A stretch of DNA of 64,000 nt, taken from contig CAVXTM010000015.1 of the NCBI GenBank assembly GCA_963764725.1, positions 32,001 to 96,000 on the forward strand, given 5' to 3'. The notes below the pieces were generated by a model that searched no databases, was not told the DNA's origin, and saw only the letters and a list, made by a program, of their open reading frames with translations. This DNA comes from an uncultured Gammaproteobacteria bacterium (GTDB lineage: Bacteria; Pseudomonadota; Gammaproteobacteria; JACCXJ01). Both the position numbers and the translations under genes were made by a program. Shown here piece by piece: positions 1 to 11,626 of the stretch (positions are counted from its first letter, which is position 1; each line of letters opens with the position of its first letter).

Positions 1-672
1 TACGGCATAGACCCTGAGGTGATACACCGTCTGGCCGGCGAGATCAAAGAACTGGCGGCCTGTGGCGCGCAGGTGGCGATTGTCATCGGCGGCGGCAATA
101 TACTGCGCGGCCAAGGGTTGGCGGCCAAAGGGATAGACCGGGTCACGGCCGATCACATGGGTATGCTCGGGACTGTGATTAATGCCTTGGCCCTGCAGGA
201 TGCCTTGGAGCGTATCGGTTTGTTCGCCCGGGTGATGTCGGCGATCCGCGTGAATCAAATCTGTGAGGACTATATCCGCCGCCGCGCGGTCCGACATCTG
301 GAAAAGGGCCGGGTGGTGATCTTCGCGGCCGGAACGGGCAACCCTTTTTTTACCACGGATTCCGCGGCGAGCTTGCGTGCGATCGAGATCAACGCCGAGC
401 TTATGATCAAAGCAACGAAAGTGGATGGGGTCTATTCGGCGGATCCCCGCAAGGTTCGGGATGCGCGCCGCTATGATCAGTTAGATTATGACCAGGTGCT
501 TGTCGATAAACTGGGAGTCATGGATGCAACCGCGGTCGTGCTCTGCCGGGACCACGCCCTGCCGTTGCGCGTGCTTGATATGAGCAAACCGGGCGCGCTG
601 CTGCGAGCCGTGATGGGTGGCAAGGAAGGAACGCTCGTGACCAGTGGAGCGAGCGCCGGGGCGAGACCATGA
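1..672 (+). CDS. pyrH: UMP kinase (5' end lies outside the window)
   Basis: Motifs [36 protein letters not shown]; directly upstream of frr. Confidence 0.97.
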   Translation, partial: YGIDPEVIHRLAGEIKELAACGAQVAIVIGGGNILRGQGLAAKGIDRVTADHMGMLGTVINALALQDALERIGLFARVMSAIRVNQICEDYIRRRAVRHLEKGRVVIFAAGTGNPFFTTDSAASLRAIEINAELMIKATKVDGVYSADPRKVRDARRYDQLDYDQVLVDKLGVMDATAVVLCRDHALPLRVLDMSKPGALLRAVMGGKEGTLVTSGASAGARP

Positions 673-1226
673 TAGACACTATTACGCGGGATGCCGATAC
701 GCGCATGCACAAGGCCATAGAGTCCTTGCAGCACGAACTAGCGAAGGTCCGCACGGGACGGGCACATACCAGCTTGCTCGATCACATCCGGGTCGATTAT
801 TACGGATCGGAAGTTCCGATCAGTCAGGCGGCCACGGTCACGGTGATCGATCCGCGCACCCTAGGGGTGACGCCCTGGGATAAAAGCATGGTGAAGACCG
901 TCGAGAAGGCGATCTTGAATTCCGACCTTGGACTCAATCCCGCGACGGCGGGCGATCTCATTCGCGTGCCGTTGCCGGCGTTGACCGAGGAACGGCGGCG
1001 CGATCTCATCCGCGTCGTTAAGACCGAGGCAGAACAGGCCCGGGTCGCCGTCAGAAACATTCGTCGCGATGCGAACCACCATCTGAAGGAACTGGTGAAA
1101 AAGAAGGACATTTCCGAAGACGCCGAGCGCCGGGCGGAGGAGAAGATACAGCGTTTAACCGATGAAAACATCGCGTGTATCGAGGAGGTTTTGGCCGCCA
1201 AGGAGAAGGATCTATTGGAATTCTAA
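669..1226 (+). CDS. frr: Ribosome recycling factor
   Basis: [29 protein letters not shown] motifs; ATGA overlap with pyrH. Confidence 0.97.
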   Translation: MIDTITRDADTRMHKAIESLQHELAKVRTGRAHTSLLDHIRVDYYGSEVPISQAATVTVIDPRTLGVTPWDKSMVKTVEKAILNSDLGLNPATAGDLIRVPLPALTEERRRDLIRVVKTEAEQARVAVRNIRRDANHHLKELVKKKDISEDAERRAEEKIQRLTDENIACIEEVLAAKEKDLLEF

Positions 1227-1271
1227 CCTTAGCTGACGGCAGTTCACGCCCAACGGACCAGGAGAACGGCG

Positions 1272-2021
1272 ATGATCGCTTCAGGAAAACGCGCCACCAT
1301 CCCCCGCCACCTGGCCATCATCATGGACGGTAATGGCCGCTGGGCAAAACGCCGGAGATTACCGCGCGTTGCCGGTCACCGGGCGGGCGTCGCGACGGTG
1401 CGCCGGATGGTCGCGCCCTGCGCGGAGATGGGCATTGAGGTTCTGACGCTGTTTGCGTTTAGCAGCGAGAACTGGGGCCGGCCCAAGCGAGAGGTGGCGC
1501 TACTCATGGAGCTATTTTTTACCTCGCTGCAGGAAGAGGCCATGAAACTTCGCGAAAACAATGTCCAGCTGCGGGTGATTGGCGACGATTCCGCGTTTCC
1601 GGCAAAGCTGCGGGGGAGCATCGATGAGGTACAGAAATTAACCCGAGGAAACAGCGGGCTTATTTTGGTCATCGCGGCGAACTATGGGGGGCGTTGGGAT
1701 ATTACCCAGGCCACGAGAGCGCTCGCCAGTCAGGTTGCGGCCGGTGTCATGAGGGCTGAGGAGATTACGGAAGCCGCGGTGGAAGCACACCTAAGCCTCG
1801 GCGATCTCCCCGATCCCGACCTAATAATTCGCACCGGCGGCGAGCAGCGCATCAGCAATTACCTACTGTGGCAATTGGCGTACACCGAGTTTTTTTTTAC
1901 CGACTCTCTGTGGCCGGACTTCACGCCAGCTCAGCTGGAAATGGCGCTTAACTCTTATGCAATGCGACAGCGGCGATTCGGCAAGACAAGCGAGCAGGTC
2001 GAATGCGTTCGCGGCGCTTAG
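1272..2021 (+). CDS. uppS: Undecaprenyl diphosphate synthase (cis-prenyltransferase)
   Basis: HLAIIMDGNGRWA, FSSENW.RP, NYGGR, IRTGGEQRISNYLLWQ. Confidence 0.96.
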   Translation: MIASGKRATIPRHLAIIMDGNGRWAKRRRLPRVAGHRAGVATVRRMVAPCAEMGIEVLTLFAFSSENWGRPKREVALLMELFFTSLQEEAMKLRENNVQLRVIGDDSAFPAKLRGSIDEVQKLTRGNSGLILVIAANYGGRWDITQATRALASQVAAGVMRAEEITEAAVEAHLSLGDLPDPDLIIRTGGEQRISNYLLWQLAYTEFFFTDSLWPDFTPAQLEMALNSYAMRQRRFGKTSEQVECVRGA

Positions 2022-2847
2022 GCGCCGCGTTGTCACCGCCGCCATTCTCATCCCGCTGGTGCTCGGGACCTTGTTCTTTTTGCCGACCGCGGGCGTAGCG
2101 GTTGTTTTCGGCGCCTTCATCGCGTTGGGCGCGTGGGAGTGGAGTTACCTCGCCGGTTGGTCGGCGTTCCAACCGCGTGTCTACTACACGATTGCGACGT
2201 CTGTCTGCATGGCGGCGGCATACTGGCTTTTGAGCTTGTCGTGGGTTAAGGATCAGATGGCCGGCGCCGCCCTGCTCTTGTTGGGCGGGTGGTGCGCCGC
2301 TTTCTATTGGCTGCTCGATTATCAGCGCCGCGGGATCGGTATTCCGAAGTCGCGGCCGCTACTGTGCGTGGCCGGTTGGTTTGTCGTGGTTCCCGGCTGG
2401 GCGGCGCTCATCGGTTTGCATGGCCGCGTCGATGGCGGGGTATTCTTGGTGGTCGTTCTTATGCTTGTGATTTGGTCGGCGGACATCGGGGCCTTTTTCG
2501 CCGGCAAGCGCTGGGGGAAGCATCGGCTCGCGGACAAGGTCAGCCCCGGCAAGACCTGGGAGGGATTGTGGGGTGGATTGGCTGCCTCGGGAGCGGTCGG
2601 GTGGCTATGTTCAGGGTGGATCCCCTTACGTTTTGCGGACCGCGTGGGGTTTACGACCCTCTGTCTCGCCACGGTCATATTCTCTGTGCTCGGAGACCTG
2701 TTCGAGAGCTTGGTGAAACGGCAAGCGGGGGTAAAGGATAGCGGTAGCCTGTTGCCCGGGCACGGCGGGGTCCTTGACCGCATCGATAGTTTGATGGCCG
2801 CCGCGCCGGTGTTCGCCCTCGGCAGTGCCGTTGGGTTGCCATTGTGA
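1957..2847 (+). CDS. cdsA: Phosphatidate cytidylyltransferase (start uncertain; homologue-like N-terminus begins about 2014)
   Basis: [37 protein letters not shown]; multiple TM segments; synteny. Confidence 0.93.
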   Translation: MQCDSGDSARQASRSNAFAALRRRVVTAAILIPLVLGTLFFLPTAGVAVVFGAFIALGAWEWSYLAGWSAFQPRVYYTIATSVCMAAAYWLLSLSWVKDQMAGAALLLLGGWCAAFYWLLDYQRRGIGIPKSRPLLCVAGWFVVVPGWAALIGLHGRVDGGVFLVVVLMLVIWSADIGAFFAGKRWGKHRLADKVSPGKTWEGLWGGLAASGAVGWLCSGWIPLRFADRVGFTTLCLATVIFSVLGDLFESLVKRQAGVKDSGSLLPGHGGVLDRIDSLMAAAPVFALGSAVGLPL

Positions 2848-4025
2848 TTGGTTTGACAATCTTGGGGTCGACGGGCACTATCGGCGTTAACACGCTCGAT
2901 GTCGTCGCCCGCCATCGCGAGCGTTTCCGGATCATCGCGTTGACCGCTCATCGCGATCTCGAGCGGCTGGCGAGTCAATGCGAGGCCTGGCATCCTCCCT
3001 ATGCGGTGATGGTGGATGAAACCAAGGCATTGAAACTTGAGCGCCGCTTGGCCACGAGCGCGCCCGGCGTTCGCGTGCTTTCCGGATGCGCTGGCTTGGA
3101 AGCGGTCGCGAGCACCCCAGAGGCGGATTATGTGATGGCCGGAATCGTCGGCGCGGCGGGGCTGCTGCCCACGCTCGCCGCAGCACGCGCCGGCAAACGC
3201 GTTCTCTTGGCGAACAAGGAAGCGCTGGTCATGTCGGGGGGCATCTTCATGGAAGCGGTCAAGACTAGCGGTGCTGAGCTGTTGCCCATCGATAGCGAAC
3301 ATAACGCAATCTTTCAATGTCTGCCCCCCTCCTTTCCCGCGGGACTGGAACGGGTGGGCGTCCGACGTATACTCCTTACCGGATCGGGGGGGCCGTTTCG
3401 CAAGACGCCGCTTTCCGACCTCCACGCCGTGACCCCCGATCAGGCTTGCGCCCATCCCAACTGGGTCATGGGACGCAAAATATCCGTGGACTCCGCAACC
3501 CTGATGAATAAGGGGCTCGAGTTCATCGAAGCCTGCTGGCTATTCGCAACCACACCGCCACACATCGAGGTCGTGCTGCACCCGCAGAGCGTGATTCACT
3601 CGCTAGTGGAGTTCATCGACGGCTCGGTGCTAGCGCAGTTGGGTAATCCGGATATGCGGACGCCGATTGCCCATGCCCTGGCCTGGCCCGACCGCATCCC
3701 CTCAGGGGTCGCGCCGCTCAATCTTCTGGAAGTGGGGAGGCTGGACTTTGAACCTCCGGATCTCGAGCGTTTCCCGTGTCTGCGCTTGGCGCGCCAGGCG
3801 ATGGAAGCAGGGGGCACGGCGACCGCGGTATTAAATGCGGGTAACGAGGTCGCTGTCGATTCGTTTCTCAATGGCAGTCTGCGATTCAGCGATATCCCCG
3901 CCGTGGTCGCGGACACTTTAGCGAGCGTCCCAAGCGCGGGAGCCGACTCGCTCGAAGCGATCTTGGCCACGGACGCTGCGGCTAGAGCGCATGCGGCACG
4001 GGCCGTTTCTGCGAGGCGCCAATGA
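2844..4025 (+). CDS. dxr: 1-deoxy-D-xylulose-5-phosphate reductoisomerase
   Basis: [50 protein letters not shown]. Confidence 0.97.
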   Translation: MIGLTILGSTGTIGVNTLDVVARHRERFRIIALTAHRDLERLASQCEAWHPPYAVMVDETKALKLERRLATSAPGVRVLSGCAGLEAVASTPEADYVMAGIVGAAGLLPTLAAARAGKRVLLANKEALVMSGGIFMEAVKTSGAELLPIDSEHNAIFQCLPPSFPAGLERVGVRRILLTGSGGPFRKTPLSDLHAVTPDQACAHPNWVMGRKISVDSATLMNKGLEFIEACWLFATTPPHIEVVLHPQSVIHSLVEFIDGSVLAQLGNPDMRTPIAHALAWPDRIPSGVAPLNLLEVGRLDFEPPDLERFPCLRLARQAMEAGGTATAVLNAGNEVAVDSFLNGSLRFSDIPAVVADTLASVPSAGADSLEAILATDAAARAHAARAVSARRQ

Positions 4026-5389
4026 TGGATGTCATTTTTTCAGTTCTGGCCTTCATCGCGGCCGTCGGGGTTCTGGTGGTGGTCCACGAGTTCGGTCACT
4101 TCTGTGTCGCGCGCGGCGTTGGCATCAAGGTGCTGCGCTTCTCGGTGGGATTCGGAAAGCCTATCTGGGGGCGCAGGATCGGTCGTGATCAAACGGAGTT
4201 CGTCGTCGCTGCCATCCCCTTGGGCGGCTACGTCAAGATGCTCGATGACCGGGAAGGGCCGGTGCCACCCGAGGATCTCAAGCGAGAATTCAACCGCCAA
4301 CCGCTAGCGGCGCGAACCGCGGTGGTGATAGCCGGACCGCTGTTTAATTTCTTGTTTGCGATCCTCGCTTATTGCGCCATGTATGTGATCGGGATCTCCG
4401 GTCTCAAGCCGCAGATCGGTGAGGTGGCCCCCGATTCGATCGCGGCCAAGGCGGGTCTTCGCCAAGGGGTCGAAATCGTATCCGTGGATGAGGAGCCGAC
4501 CCCAACCTGGGATGCGGTGATCAACGAGACGATTCCCAAGGTCGTCGACGGCGAAACGGTAAGTCTGTTGGTACGCGATGAGGACGGTCGCACCCGCAAG
4601 GTCGCAATCGATCTCGACCGAGTGCATATCGATGATCTCGCGCGCGGAAGCTTTTTGCGGCGTCTCGGCATCCAACCCTACCAGCCCCACCTCGAGGCCG
4701 TGATCGGGGAGGTGCTTGCGGGCGGGGCGGCGGAGCGGAGCGGGCTCCGGGCGGGCGATCGGATCCTGCAGGCCGATGGGCGCCCGATGCAGTCTTGGGA
4801 GCAATGGGTCGACTATGTCCAGGAGCGGCCGGAGCAGACGATTCAGGTCCGGGTCGAGCGCGGTGAGACGTCTCTTAGCCTTGAGGTGCGGCCGGAACGG
4901 GCAGAATTCGAAGGCAGAGCAATCGGGCGCATCGGTGCGGGCGTGGCCCCGCCGAAAGATCTCGACCCGGCGCTGGTCGCCACCCAGCGCTACGCGCTCT
5001 TGGATGCCTTTGGGCACTCCGTGTCGAAGACGCTGGAAATGTCCGCCATCACATTAAAGATAATTTTTAAGATGGTACTCGGCGAAGCTTCCGTCCAGAA
5101 TCTCAGCGGGCCGATCAGCATCGCGCAGTATGCCGGGCAGTCCGCCGGTATCGGACTGGCGGCTTTTTTATCGTTCCTAGCGATCGTAAGCGTGAGTCTC
5201 GGGGTGCTCAACTTGCTTCCGGTCCCGCTACTGGATGGGGGCCATTTATTGTATTACCTTATAGAGTTCGTGCAGCGCAAGCCAGTCTCGGTGGAGACGC
5301 AACGCTTTGCGCAGCAGATTGGGATGGTGCTGCTCGGGAGCCTGATGGCCATTGCGATATACAACGACGTCGCGCGCATCCTCAATTAG
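4022..5389 (+). CDS. rseP: Site-2 intramembrane zinc metalloprotease RseP
   Basis: HEFGH, two PDZ domains, [11 protein letters not shown]. Confidence 0.96.
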   Translation: MMDVIFSVLAFIAAVGVLVVVHEFGHFCVARGVGIKVLRFSVGFGKPIWGRRIGRDQTEFVVAAIPLGGYVKMLDDREGPVPPEDLKREFNRQPLAARTAVVIAGPLFNFLFAILAYCAMYVIGISGLKPQIGEVAPDSIAAKAGLRQGVEIVSVDEEPTPTWDAVINETIPKVVDGETVSLLVRDEDGRTRKVAIDLDRVHIDDLARGSFLRRLGIQPYQPHLEAVIGEVLAGGAAERSGLRAGDRILQADGRPMQSWEQWVDYVQERPEQTIQVRVERGETSLSLEVRPERAEFEGRAIGRIGAGVAPPKDLDPALVATQRYALLDAFGHSVSKTLEMSAITLKIIFKMVLGEASVQNLSGPISIAQYAGQSAGIGLAAFLSFLAIVSVSLGVLNLLPVPLLDGGHLLYYLIEFVQRKPVSVETQRFAQQIGMVLLGSLMAIAIYNDVARILN

Positions 5390-5409
5390 AATAAAAAGAA
5401 CTAAAGAAT

Positions 5410-7716
5410 ATGACGGTGGCCGGTGGGACTCTACTGCGGTGGCTCTTCGTGTTGCTCGTGACTGCCCAGACTGCTCTTCCGGCGCTCGGGGGGGAACCGT
5501 TTATCGTCAAGGATATCCGTATCGAAGGCTTGCGGCGGATCGCGCCCGGTACGGTTTTCAACTACCTTCCGGTCAAGGTCGGGGACGAATTCGACGAAAA
5601 CCGTTCGGGAGAAGCGATTCGCGCGCTATTCAAGACGGGTTTCTTCAAGGATGTCCGGATTGAGCGCGCGGGCGACACCCTAGTCGTGGTGGTCAGCGAG
5701 CGCGAGACCATCTCGACGATCGGTATCTCCGGTAATAGCGACATCAAGACCGAGGATCTATTCAATGCTCTAAAGCAGATCGGGTTCGCCGAGGGAGAGG
5801 TCTTCGACCGTTCGCTCTTGGACAAGGTGGAGCAAGAGCTTAGACGGCAGTATTTCGGGCAAGGCAAGTATGCGGTTCAGATCGATTCGAACGTAAAGTC
5901 GCTGGGAGGCAACCGGGTCGCGGTGACGATTCACATTGCCGAGGGACGCGCCGCACGTATTAAGCAAATCAATATCGTCGGCAACAAGGCGTACGATGAC
6001 GACGAGCTGCTGAAAAGCTTTAAACTAACGACGCCCACCCTGATCTCTTTTTTCACCAAATCGGATCAGTACTCGAAGCAAAAGCTCGGGGCCGATCTCG
6101 AAGCCCTGCGTTCGCACTACCTCGACAGCGGGTTTGTCAATTTCAATATCGATTCGACCCAGGTTTCCATTACGCCCGATAAGAGCGATGTGTATGTCAC
6201 GATTAACGTGAGCGAAGGGGAACGCTACGAAATTTCAGATGTGAAGCTCGCGGGCGATCTCATCGTCCCGGCGGATGATCTTTTCCCCTTGGTGACCACC
6301 GGGCGCGGCGAGATATTTTCGAGGAAAGAGGTCACCCAGACGAGCACCAACATTAGCGAGCGGCTCGGCGATGAAGGCTACGCTTTCGCCAACGTGAATC
6401 CGGTGCCGCAAATCGATGAAAAATCCAAGACCGTCTCATTGACGTATTTCGTGGACCCGGGCAAACGCGTGTACGTGCGCAGGATCAACTTTTCGGGTAA
6501 TGCCAAGACCCGCGACGAGGTGTTGCGGCGGGAGATGCGCCAGATGGAGGGCGCGTGGTTCTCGACCGGGAAGGTGAACCGTTCCAAGACCCGGTTGCAA
6601 AAGCTCGGTTACTTCGAGGAGGTCAACGTTGAGACGCCGGCCGTTCCCGACACCCCCGATCAGGTGGATGTCAATTATTCAGTGGTGGAACGGTCGTCCG
6701 GAAATCTATTGCTAGGTTTGGGGTATTCGCAAACACAAGGGTTGATCTTCAATACCAGCGTGGTTCAGGACAACTTCCTCGGCAGCGGGAAACGGGTGAA
6801 CTTTGCCTTCAACAATAGCGACGTCAACAGAGTATTTGCCTTGGGCTACAACAATCCCTATTTTACCATCGATGGCATCAGCCAAGGCTTCGATGTCTCC
6901 TACCGGGAGACCGACGCCGAGAGTGCGAACATTACCAGCTATGATTCCAAGGTCCTGAGTGGCGGGGTGAGCTTCGGCATTCCGATCTCGGAGTTTAATT
7001 TTCTCAATATCGGTTTCCAGTATGAGGATACGGAGATCAACGAAGGGTCCTTTCCCGCCGAGCAGGTGAGCGATTTTATTGAGCAGAATGGCAACAAATT
7101 CGATGCGTTGCTGATAAGTTCCGGCTTTGCCTACGACACGCGCAATAAAGCACTGTTGCCGGACCGCGGCACGTATCATCGCATCCGGGGCCAAGTGGCG
7201 GTGCCGGGCGGGGATCTTCAGTATTATAAAATCGATTACGATGGCCGCTGGTTTTATCCTTTTACCGAGGACTATGTGCTCGCTCTGCAGGGACAGCTCG
7301 GCTATGGTGATGGATACAGCGAAACCGAAGTTTTGCCGTTCTTCGAGAACTTCTACGCCGGCGGGCCGCGCACGGTGCGCGGTTACGAAGAGAACACCCT
7401 GGGCCCCAAGGATTCCCGCGGACGTGCGCTCGGGGGGAATGTCATGGTCGTCGCCAACGCCGAGCTCATCCTCCCCGTACCCTTTCTAACGGACGTGAAA
7501 TCGGTGCGAATTACTGCCTTCGTTGATGCGGGTAATGTTTATGGCGAGAACGAAGATGAAGATATTGACGTAGACACTATCCGGTTCTCCACGGGACTCT
7601 CGGGCCTTTGGGTATCGCCCTTCGGGGTTTTAACGGTCAGCGTGGCGTATCCTTTCAACGATAGCGACAGCGATAACACGCAACCCTTTCAATTCACGTT
7701 TGGCACTTCGTTCTAA
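5410..7716 (+). CDS. bamA: Outer membrane protein assembly factor BamA
   Basis: Signal peptide, POTRA domains, VRGY motif, C-terminal FQFTFGTSF. Confidence 0.97.
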   Translation: MTVAGGTLLRWLFVLLVTAQTALPALGGEPFIVKDIRIEGLRRIAPGTVFNYLPVKVGDEFDENRSGEAIRALFKTGFFKDVRIERAGDTLVVVVSERETISTIGISGNSDIKTEDLFNALKQIGFAEGEVFDRSLLDKVEQELRRQYFGQGKYAVQIDSNVKSLGGNRVAVTIHIAEGRAARIKQINIVGNKAYDDDELLKSFKLTTPTLISFFTKSDQYSKQKLGADLEALRSHYLDSGFVNFNIDSTQVSITPDKSDVYVTINVSEGERYEISDVKLAGDLIVPADDLFPLVTTGRGEIFSRKEVTQTSTNISERLGDEGYAFANVNPVPQIDEKSKTVSLTYFVDPGKRVYVRRINFSGNAKTRDEVLRREMRQMEGAWFSTGKVNRSKTRLQKLGYFEEVNVETPAVPDTPDQVDVNYSVVERSSGNLLLGLGYSQTQGLIFNTSVVQDNFLGSGKRVNFAFNNSDVNRVFALGYNNPYFTIDGISQGFDVSYRETDAESANITSYDSKVLSGGVSFGIPISEFNFLNIGFQYEDTEINEGSFPAEQVSDFIEQNGNKFDALLISSGFAYDTRNKALLPDRGTYHRIRGQVAVPGGDLQYYKIDYDGRWFYPFTEDYVLALQGQLGYGDGYSETEVLPFFENFYAGGPRTVRGYEENTLGPKDSRGRALGGNVMVVANAELILPVPFLTDVKSVRITAFVDAGNVYGENEDEDIDVDTIRFSTGLSGLWVSPFGVLTVSVAYPFNDSDSDNTQPFQFTFGTSF

Positions 7717-7724
7717 TTGGAGCA

Positions 7725-8252
7725 ATGATCTTGAAGACGCTTAAGTTATTTTCGAGTTTGATCGTTTTATGCGGTGCCGTGGCGGGCATGCCGTCCCGGG
7801 CCGCGGATTTGCGGATCGGGGTGGTCAATCCCATCAAGGTGCTGGAGGCTGCCCCGCAGGCCGAAGAAGCGCGGAAACGGCTCGAGCGTGAATTCGCCCC
7901 GCGCGATAAGAATCTGGTCGCGGCTCAAAGAAAAGCTAAACAGCTTGAAGACCGTCTGGCGAAGGATGCGCCGGTGATGAGCGATACCGAACGCCGCAAG
8001 ATCGAGCGTGACATCATCGGCGTAAAACGCGATCTCAAACGCGACCAAGATGAGTTTAGAGAGGACCTGAATATCCGCCGCAATGAAGAATTCGGCAAGA
8101 TCCAGCGCCAAGTGGTCGAGGCGATCCAGATCCTTGCCAAGGAGGAGGGATTCGATGTCATCGTCGGAGAAGGCGTGATCTACGCGAATGAGAAGGTGGA
8201 TGTCACGAGCAAGGTCGTCGAGCGTTTGAAGAAAGGCTACAAAGGCAAGTAG
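7725..8252 (+). CDS. skp: Periplasmic chaperone Skp/OmpH
   Basis: Signal peptide, RIGVVN start, long coiled coil, DVT.KV end; between bamA and lpxD. Confidence 0.92.
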   Translation: MILKTLKLFSSLIVLCGAVAGMPSRAADLRIGVVNPIKVLEAAPQAEEARKRLEREFAPRDKNLVAAQRKAKQLEDRLAKDAPVMSDTERRKIERDIIGVKRDLKRDQDEFREDLNIRRNEEFGKIQRQVVEAIQILAKEEGFDVIVGEGVIYANEKVDVTSKVVERLKKGYKGK

Positions 8253-8262
8253 TGAGCCGACG

Positions 8263-9303
8263 ATGCCCGTTCGCTTAGGCGATCTTGCACGGCATATCGG
8301 AGCGACGCTCCACGGTGACGAGGGCTGTCTGGTCGCGAACATAGCGACGCTCGATACGGCCCAAGCCGGCGATGTATCGTTTTTGTTTGACCGGCGTTAC
8401 CGGAATTTCCTGAAGTTCACCGCGGCCTCCGCGGTCATATTGCATCCGGGCGAGTTGAGCGCATGCCCTGTCGCCGCGCTGGTCACCGCGGATCCCTATC
8501 TGGCCTATGCGCGCGCTTCCAGCTTTCTGAGCCCGCCCCCTGCCTTCGATCCCGGCATTCATACTAACGCATGTATCGCTCCTACGGCCAGCGTGGATGC
8601 GAGCGCGCATGTGGGGGCTTTCGCGGTCGTTGAAGAGGGCGCTCGGATCGGGTCCCGGGCTTTCATCGGTCCGGGCTGTATGATCGGGCGCGCGGTGCGG
8701 ATAGGCGATCACTCTTGTCTTAGCGCACGCGTTACGGTCATCAGTGGCGCGAGCATCGGACAGCGCTGCCTGATTCACCCCGGGGTGGTGATCGGCGCGG
8801 ACGGATTCGGTCTTGCCCGCGATCAAGGCGTGTGGACGAAGATCCCGCAGAACGCGAGCGTGCGCATCGGCGATGACGTGGAGATTGGGGCGAATACGAC
8901 CATCGACCGCGGTACGTTCAAGGATACCGTCATAGAAGACGGCGTTAAGCTCGATAATCTCATCCAAATCGGACATAATGTGCGTATCGGTGCACACACC
9001 GCTATCGCGGGTTGTGTGGGCGTGTCGGGTAGCACGCGGATCGGTAGGCGTTGCATGATAGGCGGTGGCGCAGGCATCACGGGACACATCGAGATTGCGG
9101 ATGATGTCGTGATCAAGGGCGCCGCAGCGGTCACCAAATCCATCCCCGTCGCGGGTGTTTATTCCTCCGTTTGGCCGGCGCGAGAGGACAAGGAATGGCG
9201 GCGGAAGGTCGCCCGCTTTAATCGCCTCGATAAGGTGGCGATCCAACGCCGGAACAGTGCGCGCGGCGGCGCGAATGCCGGAAACGAGGGGGAGAGCTTG
9301 TGA
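8263..9303 (+). CDS. lpxD: UDP-3-O-acyl-glucosamine N-acyltransferase
   Basis: Hexapeptide repeats, GADGFG, EIGANTTIDRG, KLDNLIQIGHNV. Confidence 0.96.
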   Translation: MPVRLGDLARHIGATLHGDEGCLVANIATLDTAQAGDVSFLFDRRYRNFLKFTAASAVILHPGELSACPVAALVTADPYLAYARASSFLSPPPAFDPGIHTNACIAPTASVDASAHVGAFAVVEEGARIGSRAFIGPGCMIGRAVRIGDHSCLSARVTVISGASIGQRCLIHPGVVIGADGFGLARDQGVWTKIPQNASVRIGDDVEIGANTTIDRGTFKDTVIEDGVKLDNLIQIGHNVRIGAHTAIAGCVGVSGSTRIGRRCMIGGGAGITGHIEIADDVVIKGAAAVTKSIPVAGVYSSVWPAREDKEWRRKVARFNRLDKVAIQRRNSARGGANAGNEGESL

Positions 9304-9310
9304 ATAAGCA
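9294..9310 (+). repeat. Terminal remnant of MITE family A (GAGCTTGTGAATAA)
   Basis: Matches element ends at 33033, 34583, 53942; contains the lpxD stop codon. Confidence 0.5.
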
Positions 9311-9329
9311 GGCGCCGCGAAGGCGATAG

Positions 9330-9776
9330 ATGGTGCTCGACATTCAGAAAATACGGCGGCTGTTACCGCACCGCTATCCGATCCTGCTTATTGATCGGGT
9401 GCTCGAGTGCGTGGATGGTCAATCGCTGGTCGCGGTTAAAAACGTCACTATTAACGAACCTTTTTTCAGCGGTCATTTTCCCGATCGGCCGATCATGCCG
9501 GGCGTGCTGATCCTGGAAGCGCTGGCACAAGCGACGGCGCTGCTGGCCTTTAGCTCCGGGCAGATCAAGTCCGATCCCGAAGCGATTCATTACCTCGTCG
9601 GTATCGATAAGGCACGCTTCAAAAAGCCGGTGGTTCCGGGCGACCAACTGGTGTTATATGTGCAGTTGGAGCGCGAGATCCGCGGGATCTATCGCTGCGA
9701 CGCCATCGCCCGCGTGGACGGTAAACCGGTGGCCACGGCCAAAATCATGGCAGCCCATTCGGTTGTTAACCGTTGA
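9330..9776 (+). CDS. fabZ: 3-hydroxyacyl-ACP dehydratase
   Basis: [39 protein letters not shown]. Confidence 0.97.
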   Translation: MVLDIQKIRRLLPHRYPILLIDRVLECVDGQSLVAVKNVTINEPFFSGHFPDRPIMPGVLILEALAQATALLAFSSGQIKSDPEAIHYLVGIDKARFKKPVVPGDQLVLYVQLEREIRGIYRCDAIARVDGKPVATAKIMAAHSVVNR

Positions 9777-10549
9777 TAGACGCGCAAGCGATCGTAGATC
9801 CCAGCGTTAGGCTTGGAAGCGAAGTAGCGATTGGGCCCTGGTCTCTCATCGGGCCCGATGTGGAGATCGGGGACGGCACCTGGATTGGACCGCATGTCGT
9901 GATCCAGGGGCCGGCGCGCATCGGCCGAAACAATCGGATTTTCCAGTTTTGCTCGCTGGGCGCGGATCCGCAGGATAAGAAGTACGGCGGAGAGCGCGAT
10001 CAAACCCGTCTCGAGATCGGCGATCGCAATACCTTACGCGAATTCTGTACCATGAACCGCGGTACGGTCCAAGGCGGGGGGGTGACGCGGATCGGGGATG
10101 ACAACTGGATCATGGCCTACGTGCACATAGCTCACGACTGCATCGTCGGCAGTCATACCGTGTTCGCGAACGGCGCCTCGCTCGCGGGTCACGTCATCGT
10201 GGAAGACTATGCGATTCTCGGAGGCTTCACGCTGGTGCATCAGTTTTGCCGCGTCGGTGCGTATAGCTTCGCGGCGGTCTCGTCGGTCGTCGTCAAAGAC
10301 GTTCCGCCCTACGTGATGATATCTCAGAAGCCGGCGAAGGTGCACGGACTGAATCGGGAAGGGCTCAAACGCAACGGATTGAGCAATGAAACCATCAATC
10401 TACTGCGGCGAGCCTATCGCATCTTGTACCGTGAGAATCTCACCGTCTCCGAATCGATCGAGCGGCTCAAGACCCTCGCGCCCGAGTCCCAGGAGGTCGC
10501 GCGCTTGATCGACTTCGTAGGAAAATGTACCCGTGGGATCATTCGCTAA
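9773..10549 (+). CDS. lpxA: Acyl-ACP:UDP-N-acetylglucosamine acyltransferase (copy 1)
   Basis: Hexapeptide repeats, PQDKKY, HIAHDC, LAGHV, VHQFC, DVPPY. Confidence 0.95.
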   Translation: MIDAQAIVDPSVRLGSEVAIGPWSLIGPDVEIGDGTWIGPHVVIQGPARIGRNNRIFQFCSLGADPQDKKYGGERDQTRLEIGDRNTLREFCTMNRGTVQGGGVTRIGDDNWIMAYVHIAHDCIVGSHTVFANGASLAGHVIVEDYAILGGFTLVHQFCRVGAYSFAAVSSVVVKDVPPYVMISQKPAKVHGLNREGLKRNGLSNETINLLRRAYRILYRENLTVSESIERLKTLAPESQEVARLIDFVGKCTRGIIR

Positions 10550-10612
10550 GCGCCCCGGTAGGCGCGCTGTCTTGAATAACTACGGTTGTCGGTAGACCCC
10601 GCGATTCCCACC

Positions 10613-11626
10613 ATGCAAAGGTTGCGAGCGGCCGTCATCGGCGCGGGCTATCTCGGTCGATTCCACGCACAGAAATATGCCGCGTTGCCTGATGTCGATC
10701 TGTGCGCGGTGGTCGACCTCATCGAAGAACGGGCTCTGGAAGTTGCGACCCCCTATCGAGCCCAAGCGCTCGCCGATTTTCGGTGCATACTCGATATGGT
10801 CGATGTGGTGTCGGTGGTCGTGCCGCCCGAGTCGCACTACGCGGTGGCGAAAGATTGCTTGGCGGCCGGTGTGCATGTGCTCGTGGAAAAACCGATGACG
10901 CGCACGCTCGCCGAGGCCGACGAGCTGATCGCATTGGCCCGGCGTCAAGGATTGGTATTGCAGGTGGGGCACCTCGAACGGTTTAACCCCGCGTTACTCG
11001 CTTTACGCGGTATTCTGCACCAACCGATGTTCATCGAATCCCACCGCATCGCCTCCTTCCAGCCGCGCGGGGCGGGGGTGAGCGTGGTGATGGATCTGAT
11101 GATCCACGACATCGACATCATTCTCAATATCGTCGCGAGCGAGGTCGCGGCCATCCGCCCGATGGGGCTTTCCGTCCTGACGGCGGAGGTGGATATCGCG
11201 AACGCGCGGCTGGAGTTCGCCGATGGTTGCGTGGCCAACGTGACTGCTAGCCGTGTCAGCCACAGTCCGCTGCGCAAGATCCGGATCTTTCAAAGGGATT
11301 GTTATCTTTCCATCGATTACTTGGAACACAAGGTCACCATCGCCAGGCGCGAGCGGGATCGCGCTTCGGGGACAGGCGCGATGCGTATCGTTACCGAAGA
11401 AAAGAATATCGAGCGCGCCGATGCGCTACTGCTTGAGTTACAAGCTTTCGTGCAAACCGTGATCAATAAGACGCCCCCTGTCGTCTCGGGAGAAGACGGG
11501 CGGCGCGCGCTCGCCGTCGCACTCGCGATCACCGGCTCCATCGAGCACCGCTTGCTGAGGTCAAACGCAACCTCCGGCGCCACCCACCTGAGCCATGGCG
11601 AAGATCCATCCGACCGCCCTCATTGA
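10613..11626 (+). CDS. gnnA: Gfo/Idh/MocA NAD-dependent oxidoreductase, GnnA-like (UDP-GlcNAc 3-dehydrogenase)
   Basis: VIGAGYLG.FHAQKY, HVLVEKP, QVGHLERFNP, DLMIHDID, ANVTASRVS; position between lpxA and lpxB as in Acidithiobacillus. Confidence 0.75.
   Translation: MQRLRAAVIGAGYLGRFHAQKYAALPDVDLCAVVDLIEERALEVATPYRAQALADFRCILDMVDVVSVVVPPESHYAVAKDCLAAGVHVLVEKPMTRTLAEADELIALARRQGLVLQVGHLERFNPALLALRGILHQPMFIESHRIASFQPRGAGVSVVMDLMIHDIDIILNIVASEVAAIRPMGLSVLTAEVDIANARLEFADGCVANVTASRVSHSPLRKIRIFQRDCYLSIDYLEHKVTIARRERDRASGTGAMRIVTEEKNIERADALLLELQAFVQTVINKTPPVVSGEDGRRALAVALAITGSIEHRLLRSNATSGATHLSHGEDPSDRPH

Noticed and set aside
9300-9329. Read-through of TAG extending fabZ from GTG 9300
   Set aside because: FabZ is complete from ATG 9330; the upstream bases are a MITE remnant
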